A stretch of 64,000 nucleotides of DNA from Calditrichia bacterium (GTDB lineage Bacteria; Calditrichota; Calditrichia; RBG-13-44-9; J075): positions 64,001 through 128,000 of the forward strand of contig JBOEGD010000018.1 in assembly GCA_050633245.1 (NCBI GenBank). Reading direction: 5' to 3'. The translations under genes were made by a program, and so were the position numbers. Positions 60,727-64,000 of this stretch are shown here, one piece after another. The first letter of the stretch is position 1, and each line of letters opens with the position of its first letter. The notes beneath the pieces were generated by a model that had not been told where the DNA came from, searched no databases, and worked only from the letters and a program-made list of their open reading frames with translations.

Positions 60727-62604
60727 ATGGATACTGTTAAGAATAATGAGTGGCTTAACGATTCTGAGAAAAAGAACATCAACTGGAACAACATCTTTCG
60801 GTTCGCGGCATATTACTATCCATTGCGAAATAAGCTGTTTATTGTGATGGCTCTAGCCTTCATTTTTGCCTTTGCCGCCTATTTAATCCCGGTTGTTTTT
60901 GCGCAAACTCAAGCTGCTTTTATTACTGAAAATAGAGATCTCTTTCTTCTGTCTATGCTGGGCTATTTAGGCATTCTTACCTTCCAGAGTGTGATGACGT
61001 ATAGTATTAAGATTTTGCAAACATCGGTTTTTACATGGTTGAATAAAGACGTTTTACTTCGCTATTATTCCAAATTGCTCAATATCTCAGTTCCCGATTA
61101 TCTGGCATTTAAAAACCGCACGAATCTGTTTCAGCGAGTGATGGACGTCGTGTTGATAACATCTGATGCGACCAACGTGTTTTTCGGCATTATCATTAGT
61201 GGAATAAGTGTCGTTATATTTGGCGGCATTATTTTTTACCTTTCCCCCCTCGTTTTCGCCGTGCTAATTGTCGGAAGCGTCTTTTTGATTTTATCGATGC
61301 TTTACTATACGCCAAAGCTGCGCAATTTGCGTCAACGTTGCCTGGCAATTGGCTACCCTCTCGTATCAAAGATGATCGAAATTATTGAAGGTCTGGTTAC
61401 AATTAAGACACTTACCGCCTCTGTGAGCGTCACTTCGGATATTACCGAACTGATTGATGGTCGAAAGGATGCAGAGTATAATGAAGGTGTAAAATATGCC
61501 GAGGCCGACCTGCTCAAGTCCTTTATTCGCAACAGCATTTTGATCGCAGCGGTATCTGTTAGCTTTTATCAACTGCTTATCGGCCAACTTCCAGTATCGG
61601 ATGTGTTCGCCTTGTACATCTTAATATCGAGCTTTTTAAGCCCTGTCCAGCAGCTTGTCAGCCAATACCTAAAACTCTCTACCATCTCAGTCAATATTAA
61701 CAAATACATGGAGATTATCGACCTGGAGAATGAATTTGCTGCGCCAATTTCAACAAATGGTAATGGTCGGAGTCATACTAATGGAACAACGCCACAGACC
61801 TATAATGGGACACATAAAAATGGTGTTAATACAATATTTAATAATGGTAATGGTCACGCAAATGGTCACCTGCGAGGAAATATTCGCTTTAACGACGTGC
61901 GGTTTGGATATGAAGAGTCGCAGTCTGTTTTGAAGAATATTGATGTTGAAATTAGTGAAGGACAACGAGTTGTTCTCATCGGTAAAAGCGGTGCGGGAAA
62001 GACAACATTGATGCGCCTTCTCCTTGGATTCATGGAGCCCGATTCCGGCTCTATTTCTGTAGATGGAAAAGAACTTTCAAACCTAATTACCAGCGGTAAG
62101 TATCGCAAGCACTTTGGGATCGTCAGTCAAAATGACTTTTTATTCAACGTGAGTATTAGAGAAAACCTGCTTTTTGGATTGTCTGAGTGCGATAAACATG
62201 CAGATCTGGAGACGGTGTTAAGGGCTGTTAACCTATGGGATGATATAGCCGAGTTAGAGGATGGTGTAGATACCATTTTCGAGAAAGAACGCTTTTCAGG
62301 TGGACAAAAACAACGCCTGATAATTGCACGTGCATTAATCCGCGATCCGGATATCGTTCTACTTGATGAACCAACAACGGCATTGGATTTCGAAAATGAG
62401 CGCATCATCGGCGAGGCACTCGAGGCATTGGTGGGTGGAAAGACCTCGCTGACTATTGCCCACAAGCTTTCTACAATTAAGTCGGCCGATTTGATTTTGG
62501 TATTAAAAGGTGGTCGAATTGTGGATAAGGGGACGCATAGCGAATTGCTGACGCGGTCAGAATACTATCGCAGTCTTTGCGAATTCAACAGCTTTATTGT
62601 TTAG
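60727..62604 (+). CDS. ABC exporter (fused TMD-NBD, no peptidase domain)
   Basis: TM helices, GKSGAGKT, FSGGQKQR, LLDEPT, IAHKLST. Confidence 0.93.
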   Translation: MDTVKNNEWLNDSEKKNINWNNIFRFAAYYYPLRNKLFIVMALAFIFAFAAYLIPVVFAQTQAAFITENRDLFLLSMLGYLGILTFQSVMTYSIKILQTSVFTWLNKDVLLRYYSKLLNISVPDYLAFKNRTNLFQRVMDVVLITSDATNVFFGIIISGISVVIFGGIIFYLSPLVFAVLIVGSVFLILSMLYYTPKLRNLRQRCLAIGYPLVSKMIEIIEGLVTIKTLTASVSVTSDITELIDGRKDAEYNEGVKYAEADLLKSFIRNSILIAAVSVSFYQLLIGQLPVSDVFALYILISSFLSPVQQLVSQYLKLSTISVNINKYMEIIDLENEFAAPISTNGNGRSHTNGTTPQTYNGTHKNGVNTIFNNGNGHANGHLRGNIRFNDVRFGYEESQSVLKNIDVEISEGQRVVLIGKSGAGKTTLMRLLLGFMEPDSGSISVDGKELSNLITSGKYRKHFGIVSQNDFLFNVSIRENLLFGLSECDKHADLETVLRAVNLWDDIAELEDGVDTIFEKERFSGGQKQRLIIARALIRDPDIVLLDEPTTALDFENERIIGEALEALVGGKTSLTIAHKLSTIKSADLILVLKGGRIVDKGTHSELLTRSEYYRSLCEFNSFIV

Positions 62605-62630
62605 AATCCCTGAAATCTGGAGTTGACAAT

Positions 62631-64000
62631 ATGAAAATCTGCCTGAAGCAAAAAGCGAAATCTACTGCAATTTGCATTGCCATTCTTTGCCTGATATCGA
62701 TTCCGATGAAAGCACAGGAGATACTCATTCCGGTCAAGGGGAAATTGTTGACTGAGAATGGTGAAGCCGTAATGTTTGCTAATATTTTTGTGGAGGGAAC
62801 AAGCCTCGGCACAATGTCTGATGAGAAAGGGGCCTTTGAAATTTTTTTGCCAAAAGACGATCTTACTAAAAACCTGATCGTTTCTTATATCGGTTATGAG
62901 GAGATTATGATTCGCTTAAGTGATCAGAAGGACTTGACAGGTATAGTACTGAAACTTGGCGATGAAAAGTCTATTCGTAACGAGAATGTTTTCGTATATG
63001 GAAAGCGTCCGGTACTCAAGACGCGCGGTGTCGAAAAAGATTTTATGTCGCTACTTGTTACCGAGGCCGATGGCGCTGATATAATTGAGGCCAGCTCTAA
63101 AATGCCTGGTAGCCAAAAAAAGGACAACGATTCCCGAATTTACTTGCGCGGCGGTGAGTTTTATGAAACGCGATTTATCTCTGATGGTGCTTACTTACTG
63201 AATCCTTATTTAACCAATACCGGTTTCGGGGCTATTGGGTCTTATATCGATGCCACTGATGCGAGCACTTACCTGTTTTCATCCGGAGGGTTTTCGTCCC
63301 GCTATACCGGAGCATTATCTGGAATTGTCGAAATAAAATCGAGCAATTTTCGGGAAGGTTGGTCCAGTATGACTGTTGCTGCTCTTCCTGAAGGCCTTGT
63401 TTTACATCGCGAAATGCCCTTGAGCAAGAGAGTCGGGTTTGCATTTAGTGCCTTTGCATTCGATCAGGATTCGTATTTTCAGGCCAATAAATCTTTGTTT
63501 TCAGTAGCAGAAGAACTCGATGTTTTTAGCGATCATCCCAAAGGCTTTACGACCAAGGGGCGTATAAATGCAGATTTAGGCGTGGCAGGACATTTAAAGG
63601 CCTCGGCTGCAATTGCCCAAACAGATTATGTGTATAAAATTCGAGTCGTTGGTAATCGCATCGATCTTGCTTCAACAGAAAACCATCGTCATTTCAATAT
63701 GCTGTACACAAATTTCTTTTCGACGAAGCTTGGGGTCGAAAGCAATGTTGCCCTAACCAACTATGATACGGAGTCGCTTCTAAGCGAAACAAACTGGCGA
63801 AACTCGTCAACTTTTTTTCAGTGGAATACGATTGGAAATTACTACTTCGACGAGTCGCGTGACTTGCAATTTGGCATGAATCTGCATGCTCTTGACTTGC
63901 AAACAGAACGCTACTTTCTGGATGAGGGGCAGGCCGACTTTAGGCCAGACTTAGCCAGTGGACGAAACCACATTATCCCGCAAAGCGGCATTTTTGCAGA
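62631..64000 (+). CDS. TonB-dependent receptor, N-terminal part (runs off the window; not in the ORF track)
   Basis: GGAG RBS; MKICLKQKAKSTAICIAILCLISIPMKAQ signal, KGKLLTENGEAVMFANIFV..VSYIGYE, IYLRGG, SSGGFSSRYTGALSGIVEI plug motifs. Confidence 0.85.
   Translation, partial: MKICLKQKAKSTAICIAILCLISIPMKAQEILIPVKGKLLTENGEAVMFANIFVEGTSLGTMSDEKGAFEIFLPKDDLTKNLIVSYIGYEEIMIRLSDQKDLTGIVLKLGDEKSIRNENVFVYGKRPVLKTRGVEKDFMSLLVTEADGADIIEASSKMPGSQKKDNDSRIYLRGGEFYETRFISDGAYLLNPYLTNTGFGAIGSYIDATDASTYLFSSGGFSSRYTGALSGIVEIKSSNFREGWSSMTVAALPEGLVLHREMPLSKRVGFAFSAFAFDQDSYFQANKSLFSVAEELDVFSDHPKGFTTKGRINADLGVAGHLKASAAIAQTDYVYKIRVVGNRIDLASTENHRHFNMLYTNFFSTKLGVESNVALTNYDTESLLSETNWRNSSTFFQWNTIGNYYFDESRDLQFGMNLHALDLQTERYFLDEGQADFRPDLASGRNHIIPQSGIFA

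Noticed and set aside
1-64000. CRISPR array, cas genes, transposase or integrase (considered because of the TPR-CHAT/sigma pairing and island-like content)
   Set aside because: No regularly spaced repeats and no Cas, DDE or tyrosine-recombinase motifs seen; the many short ORFs nested in long genes are treated as shadow ORFs

Overview
Gene-dense accessory region from a diderm bacterium. The secreted proteins ending in QNYPNPFNP-type sorting domains, the TonB receptors and the beta-propeller/Y_Y_Y sensors suggest a Calditrichota/FCB-like lineage (inference). In order: (1) 1-12.3 kb, a protease-signalling island: histidine kinase fragment, receiver, CHAT-HATPase fusion, caspase-lipase fusion, and a convergent operon of ECF sigma, zinc-finger anti-sigma-like protein, TM-TPR protein, small peptide and exported TPR-CHAT protease. 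(2) A NACHT-FGE NLR-like protein and a GAF two-component pair. (3) A YcaO-TfuA thioamidation pair preceded by an unlisted 52-aa ORF. (4) A partner-switching module (PP2C sensor, STAS protein) whose RsbW-type kinase is fused to a sigma54 activator. (5) A propeller sensor kinase, a NarL-type regulator and a very large secreted protein, with a shared palindromic operator. (6) A TonB uptake locus. (7) An aegerolysin-like gene overlapping a 1073-aa membrane-helix protein. (8) 49.7-64 kb, the strongest signal: a thiopeptide-type RiPP cluster with RRE protein, YcaO, precursor, pyridine synthase, split LanB, ABC exporter and TonB receptor. It has no flavin azoline dehydrogenase in the window and has an IorAB-type molybdoenzyme embedded in it. 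All family calls come from motif recognition by eye, not database searches. No rRNA, tRNA, CRISPR array or transposase was seen.
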